DNA of 64,000 bases from assembly GCF_018977255.1 (NCBI RefSeq), contig NW_024704742.1:46626001-46690000 (forward strand). The letters run 5' to 3'. A model generated the notes under the pieces. That model saw nothing but the letters and a program-made list of their open reading frames with translations. It had not been told where the DNA came from and did no database searches. The position numbers and the translations under genes were made by a program. Below, piece after piece: positions 1-15,400 of this stretch. Position 1 is the stretch's first letter; every line of letters starts with the position of its first letter. The DNA is from Callorhinchus milii (taxonomy: Eukaryota).

Positions 1-350
1 GGTTCTCTAAAATAAGGCACTCGATAGACTGGAAGAAAGAGGTTGTGCCAAAACTGAAACATTTACAATAAAATTGAGACTGCACCAGTTACATATAAAA
101 GAGCTTCAGATTATCCACAAACCTACAGGCGTGAGGAAATATTAATGAACAAGTTGCACTAAAACTATTGCCTAGATGTCACGGTCCTGTTAGCTGCAGC
201 AATGTTGCAATGTTCCTCTAAATGTGTCTATTCATCACTGGACCAGATATCTGCTTTCATTCCCATTTAGTGCATGGATAACCTGAAATATGCTCAATAA
301 GGACAGCCACTGCTCCTGCTCATGGTAAAGTGAAAGAGATGTTAGCCTAC

Positions 351-456
351 CTGTAAAGGTGACCAATCAGAGCTGCAAGAGTGACCCTGTTAACACGCGG
401 TAAAGTTTGTATTAACATCCGATACTTTTCCAATCGTTCCTTTTCATCTTGCACAT
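351..456 (-). CDS. ARAP2: ARAP2 exon, RhoGAP (106 nt, phase 1 to 2); not in the ORF track
   Basis: cag|AT ... CAG|gtaggc; (D)[34 protein letters not shown](R). Confidence 0.93.
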
Positions 457-3400
457 CTGTTGACAGACGATTGCACAAGTCATAAAAAGTTCACAAAATG
501 CCATGGCATCAAAAAGACCCAAAACATGCCCTCTACCTCACTGTTCCATTGTTAACAATGCACTGATCTCTTCATCCTACCCATAAAAATTACACACGCC
601 ATTATATGGGAAACATATTTGTTCTACTTTGTAAGATTCTTAATAAGGAACACCACTGAAACTTCCATTGACCTGTAGAACTCCACTTCGGAAGTAAGAT
701 TACACTCTTGTTTACTGGAAAGAGTTTCTATTTACCCATGACTTGCATTCCTTATCTTGTTAAGAAATACCATAACTTAAACCTCACTGTAGAAAAGCGT
801 CCTCTGTCTTATTAGGCAGGTTTATATAATTGTGAATTCTCTCATGGGGTGCCTGCTGAACTTACTTTAATGAGATTGAGCTCTTCATAGAATGGCAAAC
901 CTACTCTCAGTATACTAGGACTAGATTTCCATACATCAAAAAAAATAAAAGTCTCAAGTGGTATAAGCACTTTTTTAAAAAATTCTCTCTTCAGTGAATT
1001 GACGCAACAGTTCCCCGAGTACATGCGAAATACCTTTGCAATCTGGGACTTTGTGATTTATGAACCTCGTTGTGATTTGCGGTGTGAATCTCACATCATG
1101 TAACGTTTCTTAAAATTAGATATTTTAAATTATACCAAGAAACCAGCAAGCATAACACAATACAAGGAAACATAAAGTAGTGAGGACTAGATTCGTTAAA
1201 AGGAATTTTGGAAGTAAAATAATGGAAAGACAATTTGCAGCAAGGAGGGATCAATTTTTCTTTGCTTGCTAGGTTAGCAGTAGTTACCATTTAAGACATC
1301 AAATTAGTCTCTTCGAGTACAAGTGAGGAAAACATATTTAGATATTGAATAGATATTTCCATCAGTTTTTAGAAGGAACAGTTGTTAAATTCAACAGTCA
1401 GATATTTGGGCTCCAGGATTTCTAATATGGATATCATCAGAATCACAATAAATAAATAATAATCCTTGCATTTGATACAGTGCCTTATCACATCTTTTGA
1501 GAATCCTAAAGAAATTCAAACGTTTAAAAGGTCTACTTGGCGAGCCAAAATTCACCCTTAGATTCTTAAAGAAATGCAAGATTATCACTATTATCCGATT
1601 ATTAGCACTATTATCAGTGGAACTATGCTGGACGATTATTCAAGACTGAGATATAGACCAATTAGGCTAACATCTGATAATGGAGAAAATACTTGAGCAC
1701 ATTTTACAAGACCCTTTCAATGCTCTTCTAAAGATCACAGAAGCTATAAAATGCAGTCAACATGGAATCAAGGACCTCAGAAATCTACTGAAACTCTTGA
1801 CGAAGAATCTAATCTAGAGGATGATGGCAATCCATCAGAGGCCACTTGATAAAATTCCACATATGATATTTCTAAAGGTTAAATCTCATGGAACATAATA
1901 CTAGGAGGCCAAAGGTAAATAGAAAAGGCTTCACCTGGGGCAATGACTAGCAGAGATCCATAACGGTCTGTTCCTAGATTCCCTGTTGTTCTCAGTATTC
2001 AATGATGACTTGGATAGAACACTTGCAATATGACAACATTTACTGATAACACCAAACTATGGGGACTGATGAATAATCTAAGTGGGATAAATGGCATGCA
2101 AGATCTGGATAAATTAAGTAGATAAGTGAAGAAATGTCAAATGAAGACTCCATATCAGCAGAAATGTAAAGGGTTTTTGTTGCAACTATTGACTCTTGGG
2201 TTTCTGTCAAGCTGAGGCTGTTGTGAACAAAGCAAAATGCAAAAGTATTTGACTGGAAGTTCAGAGTAAATAATTCTAACATGATATAAATCACTGGCGA
2301 CACTACATTATGAATTTTCTTTTGCAGCTTTGGGCACCTTACCTGAAAAAGAACATTGCAATGTATATTGTAATGGAGCTAAATTATGAAGAGATCATTT
2401 CAGATCTGAACCTGTCCTTATTGAACAATGATTGAAGGAGGGATGAGGAGGGGCACAAAGCACATAACTAAAATGATTCAAATGTTCAAAATAATGTTGT
2501 TGGATATGGACATAGTCAGAGAACTACAACAACAACAACAGAAACTTGGATTTATATAGCGCCCTCCACGCCGGACGGTGTCTCAGAGCGCTTCACAGTA
2601 ACGGATCCCGGGGCCGAGCCAGGGGGATGGGGAGGAACTAGGGGGCCATAGGTTTTAATTTAAAAGTCTAGAGTGGTATAAGGATTAGATTATGTTTTTC
2701 TCCCAGTGGTAGATATAGGGAATAAAATGAAAAGATTTGGTTTGGGCTAATATAAATTATTTATGGGGCAAACCAGAAACTAGCGAAATGATTATTAAAT
2801 GTGAAAAAGTGGGAATTGCGAAGTTACAATGTTTGTGCAGATAAAGTAGGGCATAAATAGTTTGAGATATAGTTTTCAAATCAAAAATTCAGTTGGAGAC
2901 CTCAACAAAAGTATTGCCTAAAGTTTCTGAAGTTTAAATAGGTGAAATTATTTAATGAAAGAATTTAAAGTGACTGTTCCCCCAGCGTTTGAAAGATGGG
3001 ACACTGAAACAGACCCAAGACTAATTCTCTGCACATCGTGTCCACAAAAAATATAGCAGGAGTATGAATCTAGAATTTGTTTTTTTTAAAAGGACATCTG
3101 TAAATGAGTGACTTGGTGTGGGTGTATTACAAGTTCTGAAAATAATGCTCGACTGTAAAGTGTCTTCTTTGAGCTGTAAAAGACTGACTGGAGTTAATGA
3201 GGTGCAGACGGCACAACAGGATTACCAATTCTAACTGGCCAGATAAGAGCTAGTAAACTCTAACATAAAGAGTGACAGACAGATTATGTTATCATTAGGC
3301 AAAGACAGCTGTGCTAGGGGTACAGAAAGCTCAGGTAAAACAAACAAGGAACTTATATATATATAGCGTCTTTTGACAAAATGTCTTAAATTTAATGCCA

Positions 3401-6400
3401 AGTGTAGTTACTCTAGTGTAGGAAACTCTACTCTAAAGATGGCTCACATAATAATAATAATACTTGTATCTGTTGTAGTGCTTTTCACATCTTCGAGACA
3501 TCTCAAAGCGCTTCACAGAATACACTGTGAAGTGAATTGACTGTATACTTGTGGGAGAAACACAGCAACAGTCGTGGATTGAGTGACCAAATTATGACTT
3601 TTTTTTCTTGAGCCATTATTATCAAGCGTGTGGAGTAAGGAAACTTGCCCAAGGTTTCGCCTGCCGGGAATTGAACCCAGGTCTCTCACTTGTGAGGCAG
3701 GTGCTCTAACGACAGAGCTACAGGACTCTACACCACTGAGCTACAGGACTCCACGTTGGGGTGGGGTTGACAAGTCAATGACATCTACTTGCCGTTTCCT
3801 TATTAAGGAATGTCATTAGGAATCACTTCTTATTAAAGCACCAATATCTTCACAGAATATACTGTAAAGTGAATTGACTGTATTTGTGGGTGAAACGCGG
3901 CAGACAATTGCGCACAGCAGTATCCTACAAATAGTCGTGGATTGAGTGACCAAATTATTACTTTTTTTCAGGGATTATTATCCCCGGAAAAGCTGTCCGC
4001 CAATCAACTAACAACCAGATTCCTACTTACTGCTACGTAAACAGTAAGGAAACTTGCCCAACATTTCACCCTGCCAGGAATTGAACCCAGGTCTCTCTTG
4101 TGAGGCGAGTGCTCTAACCACTGAGCTACAGGATTCCACATGAACAAGATTCACAGCATATCAATAACTAGGTATGTTTTAATATTTTAAAGAAGTGGCT
4201 CCATGAACACCTCTTTAAGTGAACATTAAAAATCATAATTTAAACATTCTGGGCAGTTCCATTTTGACCTTCCAAGAACTGTTACTGATATGAGCAAATT
4301 TACACTGCAAGCACTTATACTGGAACACTGCAAATCGACAGATCTCTGAAACCATTCTCTCCTAATGTTTTCTCAGTACCTGTGCTTTAGTGCAGTTCAC
4401 TTTCACATCAGTTCAATCCCCCAAAATGTTCATGGTCAGTTGGCATAAAAAAGCACAGGGATAGATGAACTGGGCACATAAATAGTGAGCAGTGCCGATT
4501 TTCAAAATTTCAACCAGCATTAGAATGACAATGGTCCCTGCATTTCATGTAGTGCCTTTTACATCAGGGGGATGTCTCAAAGCACTTCACTGGATTTACT
4601 ATCAAGTGTAGTGACTGTGTATTTTGTAGGCAAACAACGATCTCTTTACGAAAGTCTTTTTGAAAATAAAATACTCATTAAAACTTTGCATCAAACTAAA
4701 TCATTAGTTGCATTATACAGATAGAAACTATAGACAATAGGCACAGAGCATACAAAGCTATATTACCCAATGCAGACAACCAGTATGGATACAATTCCTT
4801 GGTGAGCAGTGCGTCATCCATTTCAAACAGGAATCGCTTCAGTACATCAGCCACATCGCCGAGCTGATGTTCTCCGGCTCTCAGCTTTACATTTCTGGCA
4901 TCTTTTCTAAACTGATCCAGTAGCTGGCTAACCCGTGATGGTGTGCCATTTTTCCGATACATTCCTTCACAATTGAGGCCTGAAGGATAAAAAGAAATAT
5001 CTAAGCTTCTTAAAAAGTCCACCTCCTCCCCACCCACCCCCACCGCACCCCCCCCACACACACACACCTTGTATCGAACATATACAGTTGAAGACTGAAA
5101 TCTCACACCTAAAATAATGATGCCTTGGATCAGATAGAACAGTGCTTCCAGTAGAAGGAAAAGGATATGAGCACCTTCAGGAGAAGAGGGAACAGTCTTG
5201 AAGGGGTTGGGTTGGGGGGGGGAACACACAATTCGGGCCTAAGCAAAACTGTAAATATTGTTTCAATGTTTGAGAAAACTGAGCAGCAATCCTTTTTGTG
5301 GTGTGGTATGACAAAACTAATAATACTAATAATCCTTGCATTTGATATTGCGCCTTTCATGTTTGAAGGAAATCTCAAAATGCTTCACAGAATTTACTGT
5401 AAAGCGTAGTAACAGTTGTAGGAGCACAAGAGCACAGCCCCTCGAGTCTATTCTGTCATTCTATTAGATCATGGCTGATCTGAACCTCAACTCCATTTAC
5501 CATCCTTTGCCCCATATCTCTTGATACTCTTACCTAAAACAAAATCTATCCAACTCAATCTTGAAAATTTTAATTGATTCAGGATAACAGCCTTTTGGGG
5601 GAGAGAGTTCCAGATTTCCACTACACTACTTTGTGCCGACAAAATAGCGCTTTGAGACGTCTCGAAGACATAATAAGGCGCTATATCAAATGCAACAATT
5701 ATTATTATCATATTATTATTATTATTTTTCCACTACAAGCAAATAATCTATTCTTATTTTTGCTCAGTCACTTTACTGATCAAACAGAGAATAAAACACA
5801 AACCTTTACCACATAGGATTTGTACCCAATGTCAATCATAGTCCACATTACTGCCTGGAAAAAGAATGTTCTTGCAGAAATATCACCAGGCTCAAAAAAC
5901 AGGACTACTCTTTCTGAATGACTGTCTGTTATCCAAATGAAGACCTTTGAAACATTTACTCAATAGACTACATTGTTAGAATAGTTGGTGTGTGATTGTA
6001 CCCAAGACCTTTAACAGAACAAATATAAGCTACAATTTTCTCATTTTAAGGGCTAAAATTATTGGCACTCAAGTTACAGAACTGAACATGAATTTCTAAA
6101 CCATGTGGTTTTGTTTCAATTCTTAAAGTCAGAACTTGGATTTCTATAGCAACTTGTCATGTTGAAATGTCTCAAATGCTTCTGTCAAGTGCAATTGTTG
6201 AAAACAGAATGCAGTGTCCCAATTTGCCAGCAAGGTCACACCAACAGTCTTGAGGTGAATTACCAATGAATCTGAATTGTTGGCCTGGACACTGGGAGAA
6301 TTATTTCAAAGACAGCAGTTTCATGGAATTTTTAACATCCAACTGAAGAGACAAATGAAATTCAGTTTAATATCTCACCCTAAAGACCTGCACCTACAAT

Positions 6401-9400
6401 GTTACAGTACTCAACTCGTGTCCGCCTAAACAATGAGCTCAAGTTCCTAAGTGTAGCTTGAACCCATAACCTTCCAACCCAGAGGCGAGAGTGCTACCTA
6501 CTACACAAAATTGACTGACACAATAGTGAAAGCATTCCACCCTGAAACACAATAAGGATTTGTAAATGGTTTCATTTCCACATAGACTTTGAATATCAAA
6601 GCAAACATCTGTCGAAATCATAAGAGACGTCTGGATGAAGAAGGTCATATCTATCCTAAACTTTCACAATGTTGGACCTGTACACACTTTTACTGCTCCC
6701 TTAGTGTATTTGAAAGTATTGTTCAGATTTACTTTGTCTTACATTTTGTATACTCTTACAACAACAACAACAAGAAGAAGATTCCATTTATAGAGCACCT
6801 TTCACGTCAGGAGGACGTCTCAAAGCGCTGGACAATTGGGTCAGGACCCGAGCAGGGGGGAAATGGTCAGGGTGAGGGGAGGGAGGGAAGGGAGCGAGGA
6901 GGGGGGAAATGGTCAGGGTGAGGGGAGGGAAGGGAGGGAGCGAGCAGGGGGTAGAGAGTTGAGAGGAGAGCTGAAGGCACGGTCAAAGAGAAAGGTCTTG
7001 AGACCGGCCTTGAAGGAGGAAAGGGAGGAGGCGGCGAAAGCACTGGGGGATAGAGCTCCAGAGCCTGGGGGCTGAGAGGTTGAAGGCCCGGCCACTGATG
7101 GGAGGGCGGTTGGGGCGGGGGATGTGGAGCAGACCGGAGCCAGAGGAACGGAGGGTACGGGCAGGTAGATAGGGGGATACTAGGTCGGAGAGTTAGGAGG
7201 GAGCGAGGCTGTGAATGGCCTTGTAGGTGAGGATGAGGATCTTGAATTCGAGATGCTCTGAAGCATAAACGTATGCTCTGAAGAGTCCCTTTCAATTGTT
7301 GTTCCTCAACACTAACCTCATCCTTCTAACACTAGGTATTCACCACCAACCTTCCAAATTGTAAATTGGTCATCCAAATCCTGCTTGTAATGGCAGGATG
7401 GATCGCAATAGTCTGTTGCAGTCCGCTTATTATGAAGACATAAGGGATAGGATTTATATCCCACAAGTAGGTTACTTTAAGTGTTGGTGGATAATGTTTG
7501 AATGACAATTAATCCATTGTTGTGTGGCGTGGGGTAAAAATGTTCATACTTTGAACGTCCACAACAAACAGAATCTGTAACATTTTTGAAGAAGATGAAA
7601 ATACAAACATATTTTAAAAAATCATATTTTAATACAGGTTTCAATACATCTAAAGATTTCTGTTTTTTGAGAATCTAGTTATTTGCATTTTACTCTATCT
7701 TGATTTATTATCCACAACCATAGATTCTACACTTCATGACGACAGATTAACAGTTTTTAATGATGGCTTGCTCAAATGTTCACATTTGTCCTTAATTTAC
7801 ACTCAAAAATGAAACAAAAGAATAAGGGATTCTAGAAGATATAATTTTAAAATTAGATAGATATTGTTATTTACATCAATAGCAATCAGATAAAATAATT
7901 GAAATTAATTATCTAAAGTTATGTAAAATATGCAAATAATACAACAAAACTAAAAGCATTTTGTTATCCTCAATTGTTAGGCAGCCTGACACACAAGAAA
8001 ATCAAATGCTTTTAAATGGGTTGCCTGGAACTCGAAACATACTTCTTGGGTGACTATGATGAGGGTCCCTGGTGAATTGAAGACGGGTAATCACAATTCA
8101 ATTCCCAGTGGCTACAAATTCAAGTGCACAAAATTGCCCATAATTCAGGACTGATTTGACAATCTCACTGAGACAGACTGCAGGAATAGACAGAGTGGAA
8201 AATGGAAATGTCATACAGAGCAAGTAGGACATACTCTTCCATCACTGCAGCTGAAGTACGAGTAGCACAGAAACAGGAGTACTTAAAATGTAGACAAAGG
8301 TAGAAAAAAGGTACAACTCAACATAATTGCCCCTCACCTGGGTAAGTAGACAAGTGCCAAAATGAATAGCTCACTGATTTGCAGCCGAGTAGTTTTAGCG
8401 ACCAGGCTTTAAGTTCTCATTCCATACACCTGGATTTGAACGGCTACCTCATAGGCAATTTCTTGTCCTGACTTTTAAATCCCTCTGTTACCTCGCCCCA
8501 GCCTACCTGCATGACCTCTTCTGTCCTGGTTCCTACTTTCCAATCACTGGCCACTTTCACATCCTCTGCCCACTCCATCGTAGTAATTCCTTCCTCACTC
8601 TCAAACTCCATCCCAGAGTGCCACGGCATTGCTCCATCCCTCCCCACCTTCAAAAGCACCCCTTTGACCAAACCTTTCAGCCACCCCTCTCCACATACAC
8701 TGTTAAGCAGTCAGATTTAGACCTGGTCTAGACATCCCATAACTTAAACAGTTAATGGGGGGTGGGAGACAGACACATTACAATACCAAAATATGTACAT
8801 GCCCTTTCCCACATAAAGAACCTCTTTGACTGATATGGATTGTTATTTATGCCTCTTAGCCTCTTATGGGAAGGCCCAGAATATTCCTATGTCCACTAAA
8901 CATGGCATGAGAAGTAGGTTTAAGCATGGGAGTGGGTCAGGAGAGATAGGAGAAACAAAGAAGTAAAAATATGAGCATATGTATGATAAATATTAGATAT
9001 TTTTTAGTGCTGCAAAAAAGAATAGATATCAAAAGGTTAACCCTAACAATAGCAAATTGAATGTGCTATTTGACATCCCAAGGTGCTGGACAGTCAGGGG
9101 TTTGTAACCAAGCTGGGAGTTGGATCTAAGTGGGTGGGGGGGGCGGGAGAAGATGGCCAAAGGCCAGTCAAATAAACCGGAGATGTGTTTATACTGTATA
9201 TTTATGACCTGGATTTGTACACCCAATGTAAGGTAGTTACATTTACAGACAACACCAAGTTATATAGTCAAATCAGTACAATTCAGATCCCATACTCAAG
9301 TTATATAGTGCTCTGATCAGGCTATACGTGGAACACTGCATGACATTCTGGTTGCTGGACATAAGAGATTGCCCAGAGTCTAGAAGCAGAGGAGAGCCAC

Positions 9401-12400
9401 AGTGATGATCCCCAGTTTTAAGGAAAGAGCTTTGAGCAATGATTAGATAAGCTAAGGCATTTCATTCTTGAAAAGAGAAAACTCAGAAGAGATCCTTATA
9501 GATGTATGTAAGATTTTAAATGCGTTTGAGAAAGTAAACACAGAAAAACAGTGGCTTGCACATTTTCAGATATATCAAGACAGCAGAACAAGAAGATACA
9601 AATTTAGGATTTCAAAGGGCAATTTCAGGATAGAAGTTGTATTTATTTATCCAGAGGGTAATTAACAACTGGAACAGGTTCCCAGGAATGGTGGTGGAGG
9701 TCAGAACAGGGGACTAATTCAAAAAACAGCTCAATGCTGAACAGGAGGATCACAGGGTGGGTGTTCTGGAAGGACGAGATCAAATAGACCAAAGGACATT
9801 CTTGTGATTGGTAAATGACTGAAAATGTTTATTTCAGCATCAAACTGGCTGTTTGGAACAATTAATGAAGTGTAGTTGAAATAATTAGATCTCTTCATTT
9901 AAATCTATGTTTCACAATTTTTCTCAAAAAAAATCAAAGCCAACTATAAAGCATATGGAGAAAATAGCTCTTGGCATTAAAGAAGGAAATAGATATGACT
10001 CACGGTGACATTCTGTAGTTCTAAAATGAGGTTGCTTACCATACTGTGTAACAAATGCTATACAGCTGTCCACAATGATGGGAATGTCATTTTTGCTGAG
10101 CTGCTGGTCTCGCAGTGCATTGCCATCTGTGCCCGCTGCCTTTTTGATGGCCATGTGCCAGACTGTAAAATCCAACTTTGTATGGCCATGCATGTACAAA
10201 GTTCTGCAAGGTTAAAACAAACTTTTAGACCTCGAAGGGTTTCTCTGTTTACAGAGATTCTATAACTTTGGAAGGAACATTATTAGACTGATAACCTATA
10301 GCCAACTGAACTATAAATCAAGAGCACAGTCTTGGAAACTATTCAATGTAGCCGCACCAAATATTTGAAGGAATGGTATGTCTTAGTCTTTTGCTAAAAG
10401 TTAAATTGCTATGACAATATCACCAATCTTTCATCAAGGATGGCATTGAACATCAATGCAACAGATTGGTCTGGCTGACATTACAGCTGCTGCTGAAATA
10501 AACCACATTCCAGACCACTGGTGTGACAGTTCAGATGGAATTTATTTGCACTAAATAAATGCTATGTTGATCATTTCTTTCACAAAATAAATTACATGAC
10601 AATGAACCTCACCTCAACAGGCACTTCACTTACACTTGCAATTCATTCCTCAAGTTTTATAATGTATCTGAACACCTTAGTGAGATTAGTTTTGTGGCAT
10701 CGCTGATAGCCGGTATGCATATATAATACGCGTTATGAAGCTTGTAGGTTTGGGTTTATTCAGTTTTCCCATTTTGTGCTAGTATTGGGTTTAATGATGG
10801 ATGCTGAACTCCAGTGGACTCTGCTGATATCCACAATGAAGGATTAATGGCATGAACTATTTGCTGGAAATTTATGAATAATCGTGAGTATATAGGAAGC
10901 AGAGAATAAAGGACACCTAATAATGACTACATCAGTAGTAATCACATTGAGGATTTCAGACTACGTTAATCTGTTGCATTCATAGTTTTGATGACAGTAC
11001 TGAATAATTAATAATACTATAACACTAACACCAGTGTACGGAAAGCAATCAGATATTAACCAAGGACTGCTTGAACTGCTAGAATAAAATACATGCCCAG
11101 CTGTATTAAATACAACTGTTCAATTGTAATAAAGTATTAAATTAATAAAGTATGTATGCAACTGTATATATTTAATAAAATATATTAATACTATCCCAGA
11201 AAAGGCCTGGACTTTCTGTGATTTCTGACAAACGTACTTAATGCAATATTTCAAAATGTAATTTGGGGCTTCTTAAGACAATGGGCAGTACAGTACTTTC
11301 AACGTTTAGTTTTTTGAATATATAAAAGCTGCAAATGTTTCGAGATCTTCAGTTGTGCCTCAGCAGATGCCATTTTACACTATTGCTGTATATATGTATT
11401 GCTAACTTTGTACATTGCAGAACTTTCAACAAGTCTAGCACCTAGCATACCCAGTAACACTGACATTTGCCAAAAATAAGGATGAATTGAAGAAGATCTC
11501 TACCTTCCTTTTTCTACCAGCAGTAAGACGTCTTTCTTCTCATTGTGTTCAAGCTGCGTGGTGACAGCTGTGAATAGAACAAAAGGAACAAATTGGTCAT
11601 TTTTAAACACATGTCTGAGCAAAGACAAGCCAAAATTCTCTTCAGAGATCAAAAACTTGTCAGAAACATTTCTACTACAATTCACAGGTTTTGAATTTTA
11701 TTACAGATAAAGTATGTACAGCCTTTTCTATTTGCTGCTGTAAGTACAGATCTTTACATATTCAATTAGTATTTAAAAATCGATGCTGAATCCAAAAAGG
11801 AGATGAAGACAAAACTACACAAAACACAAGTTTAATCGTCCAGGTTCTAAAATCCCACAAGGGCCAGATTTCTACAATGCAAAATGTTCACAATTACTTA
11901 AGACATTTTTACTAAAGCAAATTTCAGTAGGAATGTACAATTCTTCAAACACAACCTTCTCAAATTTAGTGGAGGGAAGAACAAGTGTCTGGCAGGAGAA
12001 CTGATGTTAGAATCTAGGACTCGTGAGTTTAAACCACTTTCTTTGTGATTATCTGTCTTTCCAGGAGGAGAAATGTTTGCAGTTATTTAGGCCACTGGTC
12101 TGAATAGGGTACTTCATATTTATTAGATCTTAGTAAAGGAAGGGAAATCTGGCAAGGTTTGAGATGTTTAGAAGAACGTGATAAGGAATTATATTAAATG
12201 CAAGGATGAAAATACAAGGATGCAAGAACAGCACCAAATGGGAGAAGCAACAAGAGGAAAGTAGAAAATCTGTCACCGTTCGGGTTCCTTTCACCATTAG
12301 GACCAAAGTAGTCACATTGAATTCTTAATACCCTTTACTCCTGGCACAGATGATAACATGCTGTCTCTGAGACAGGTTCTGTCTCTGTAGGTTCAAGCTC

Positions 12401-15400
12401 CATGTCATGAATTTGGGAAAATAATCTCGACTGATGCTCCAGGGCAATGTTGGAGGAGCGCCTTATTGTCAGAGGTGCTATCCTTCATATAACATGTTAC
12501 ACAGAAGCCCCTTCCACCTGTTCAAGTGGACTTTAAAGATCACATGACCCTTTTTGAAATCAGAAGGCAATTTCTCTGGGCCAACAATTCCCAAGAAGAT
12601 TGGTCATTCACTTCATGGCTGTTTGGGGGAACTTTACTGTGCACAAATTTTCTGCTGGTCCACCTATAAAATACAGTCACTGATTCTCTACAATAAATCT
12701 TAAGAAGTGCTTTGAGATGTTTCAACAATGTGACAAGGCATTATACCAAACACAAATATTATTACTATTATTTACTATTATTATATAAGCAAACGAGTGA
12801 GTGTAGGATGTTAAAGTCTTACTAAGTTCCTGCAGTCTCTTTAAATACACAGAATCCTCTTCAGCACCATCCTGCTCAGGGCAGAAGCAGAGTTTCGATT
12901 TCTCTAAAGTAAACCAGCCTGCACTCCAGCGTTCCAAATTATGCACATCTTTGTAGTAGAGCCGACCAATCAACTCGTAATCTTTCTTTAACAGGTTTTC
13001 TACCACAGCAGGAATAAAACACTGGAACGCACAGAAGGTCAATCAACAGCAATTTACACCACAGAGGTTTACATTGGTATATCTGGAAAATAAATCTTAA
13101 AACATCAATAAAATGAGGACATGTGTTATATTTAATGGAATGAATTAAACAGGTTTCAATGGTACTTCTTCATTTTCTAATTTGACTGTGTCAGTCTTAC
13201 ACATTTACAAATACAGTAAAGCAATTCTGCAGATATATTAAGCATGACAGACAGCAAGAGAACGTGAATAATTATAGTGATGTTATAATATCCACTAAAA
13301 TTCAACTGCAACCTGCATTGTGCAGAGCTGTGTAACAAAACATCTTTTTGGATTATTGCAACTTTAGACTGTCGATATGTCTTTATGTTAGGCAGACAGT
13401 GGCACAAATGCATTCATTATGGGTCTTTGTGTTTAGAAAAAACTTTTGCATCTGTCTCAACTAGTTAAGATATACAAAACTGAAATCTTTCTACTTATCG
13501 AAACCAACACTGAGGAAACACATACCAATAGTAAATTTTTCATGTGTTAACACAACATAAAATAGAATCTTAATGTTAACTATTAAAGACTTTCAATTTA
13601 TAAAATCAATATTGTAGAGCTGAAATTCAATTTCAAACAACAAATTACACTTGTACAGCACTCGTCACGTCAAAAAGATGTCCTAGGCTGCTGTGACCAT
13701 GCTCTAGTACAGGGATGGGGGAAGTTAAATATAGACTGCAAAAAATCTTGATTAAGTAAAATTGATGGAGGAAAAATATATACAACAACTTAAATAGTGG
13801 CCCTTCCCACAGGGTAGCATCCCGGAATCTATAGACTCTATAAACAGTAAAGTTTACTTATGCCTCCCCACATATAGTAGTGAAGTTTTATATAGAAGAT
13901 AGAAATAAGTTTATTGATTGATGGGTGATTCTAATATCAGAAAATTTACACTCAGCCTATATATATATACACATGAAATAAAATGTTGAGAAACTCCCAT
14001 AATTTTGATGAATAATCTAAGTAATCTAGATTCGGTTCCTCATTTTAGAAAGCTTCATACTTCAATGGAAGCATATTATACAGTAATGATTGATTCATAT
14101 AAAAAAGACATATGGTATCTCTATATTTTTCCTCCATCAATTTTACTTATACAAGATTTTCTTCAGTCTATCCTGATGACATTTAGCTTCCCCCATCTTT
14201 GTACTAGAGCATGGTTCCTTAGTTGTAAGTTGACCTCTGATGAATGTACTAGACTAATCACTTGATAAATAGCTTGTGTCGTGATAAGTCATTCAACAGT
14301 GGGCATGACAACCAATCCAGATTCTTTCCTTAACTAACAGAAGTCTATGGGCATGCTGCTGCCAGTTCTCGGCTCTAGATAGGGATTTGGATTTGGTGTG
14401 GGAACCCTGGCTCCCTTTCCTCTCCTTCATCCAATCACAGGACCTGACCAGCTACTCTGGGAGAGATCAGATAACACAGCACCTAATGGCGTTCACTTCT
14501 ACGTTTGTATCAGTATCTTCCGTTGGGGAAGTTGGCCATGATCAAGCAGTTCATCAGGAATGAAAAAGTCAGAGTAACAAAGTCACTCAGTCAATCTTAA
14601 TTTGATATCACCCAACATAACTCAGGTTGCAGATTCTGTCTTGCCTGGGACTCAAGGATGAAGTCTGTCAATTTTGAAACATTTACTTTTTATGATTATT
14701 ATTACTATTGAAGAATAAAATCCATTTAGAACAGCTGAAATCCGAGAGTTTTATCTCAATGGTTTACGCACAGCATGATGTGCATCGTAATGTCTGTATG
14801 CTTGTGGGTTCAGATAAGGTTAAGGAAAATTTAGCATACTTTAGAAATGTATGTGGCAAACTGTAACTTTGCTACAAAGAGCTGAAAAATCCATTCCACA
14901 TATACCAATGGTAATCAACATGCAAATATAAATTCCCATATCAGTCATCACAAGGCTTCTGCCTCACTTAGCACTGAAATGATGTTCCAAAAGTTGTTTT
15001 CACCTTGCATATTGCCCGTGTCCAGTCTTTTAGAGTTTCAGCACTATCAGTTCCGAAGGAAAAGAGACATTCTGACAGCAAATACATCTCAAATGTATAA
15101 CTAACCCTGAAGCAAATGAAAATAAAAAAGAGCATTAGATCTTTGCAATATGACAGCAGGAGCTACAGTTCAAGTCTTAATGCTTTAAGCTGTATCTTTT
15201 TTTTAAAGTACTTTATACTGAAGCAAAACTCCACCATTGAATGTACATATTGGCTTATCAGATTCCACATTAAATATATTTTTAGGCTGAACCTCTCCAG
15301 AGCAACGAGCTAAGATCACCTAATGTCTGATGTTAAGGACCTATGATACAATTAAAAAGCGAAAGGAATTTCTTCCAATGTTCCAGCTAACAATTCTCCA

